Assembly (NCBI GenBank): GCA_028534125.1
Contig: CM052816.1
Coordinates: forward strand, 92,754,001 to 92,818,000
Origin: Lama glama
Taxonomy: Eukaryota
Direction: 5' to 3'
DNA length: 64,000 nucleotides
Position numbers and translations under genes: made by a program. The notes under the pieces are model-generated. The model had not been told where the DNA came from. It saw nothing but the letters and a program-made list of their open reading frames with translations, and ran no database searches. Shown in pieces: positions 63,372 through 64,000 of the stretch (the first letter of the stretch is position 1; each line of letters opens with the position of its first letter).

Positions 63372-64000
63372 CAGCCGAGACATTCTGCTCCAGACCGGCG
63401 CATTCGGCTGCTACCCACCAGGCAGGAGACTGTCAAACCGCAGCAACGGGCTGCACTGGTTGCTGTCTGGGAGACTGCACAGGTCTTCATCATATCAAGG
63501 GAAATTCTCCAGGCCTGTCTTTCTCCTCACACAGCCCTGCACAGTGTATGCATAAAACTGCAAAGCCCCTCCACTGGACAGGGGCTTAAAAGGAACCCTG
63601 GGTAACTCCAGGCTTAACAGGAGGAACAAGGTGGGGAAAGACACAAGCACACAGTGCCCGGAGCTTGCACCGTTTACAGAAAGATTAACTCTTCACCTGC
63701 CTCCAGGATCCAATTTTTACCACCCAGTGACCTCCAAGTAACACAAACAGCACACCAGCTGGGATGGGAGTGCACGTCCTTTCAACCCGCCTGTCTTTAT
63801 CCAGTTAAAAGCCAGGCATCATTAAGAAAGCAGTGATTTGCAAACATTCCCAAATCCAGTTCATCTTTTTTGATGAACATATGGCTGCCAGCAGAAGCTC
63901 AGAGCCCTGCCACCTCCTTCAAGACAGTGCTCACTGGCCAAGTGTGACGTACTAACTGGGTATGTTAGCAGTTCTATCCAAGAGCTTCATTTTAGCTGTT

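Larger units (their letters stand above)
1..64000 (-). other. TRIO: TRIO transcription unit, partial (from within intron 3 to within intron 11); continues beyond both window ends
   Basis: Eight in-order, in-phase TRIO exons between 9371 and 59911. The preceding exon (GGRDKRGGP...) and the following exon (LWTWLEELQ...) were not found in the window. Confidence 0.95.

Overview
Mammalian genomic DNA lying entirely inside the TRIO gene (Trio Rho GEF), which is transcribed on the minus strand. The species is most likely a camelid, judging from two tRNA-derived SINEs resembling camelid vic-1 and artiodactyl-type L1 3' ends. Eight consecutive coding exons (193, 513, 123, 192, 132, 231, 123 and 192 nt; about exons 4-11 by human numbering, recalled from memory) all have GT-AG borders and splice into one open frame covering the end of the SEC14/CRAL-TRIO domain and the first spectrin repeats. 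The remainder is intron containing L1, L2, MIR, Tigger/hAT DNA-transposon and MLT relics, microsatellites and a 500-N assembly gap. No prokaryote-type system is present. The best leads concern splicing and regulation: a consensus 5' splice site at the first base of exon 9 with complementary UG/CA tracts on both sides, a stop-free ORF in intron 9 ending in an in-phase donor, a candidate 5-nt poison microexon in intron 10, and a palindromic RFX X-box. All are hypotheses from sequence alone. Repeat family names come from remembered consensus sequences, and repeat boundaries are approximate unless a TSD or TIR is given.
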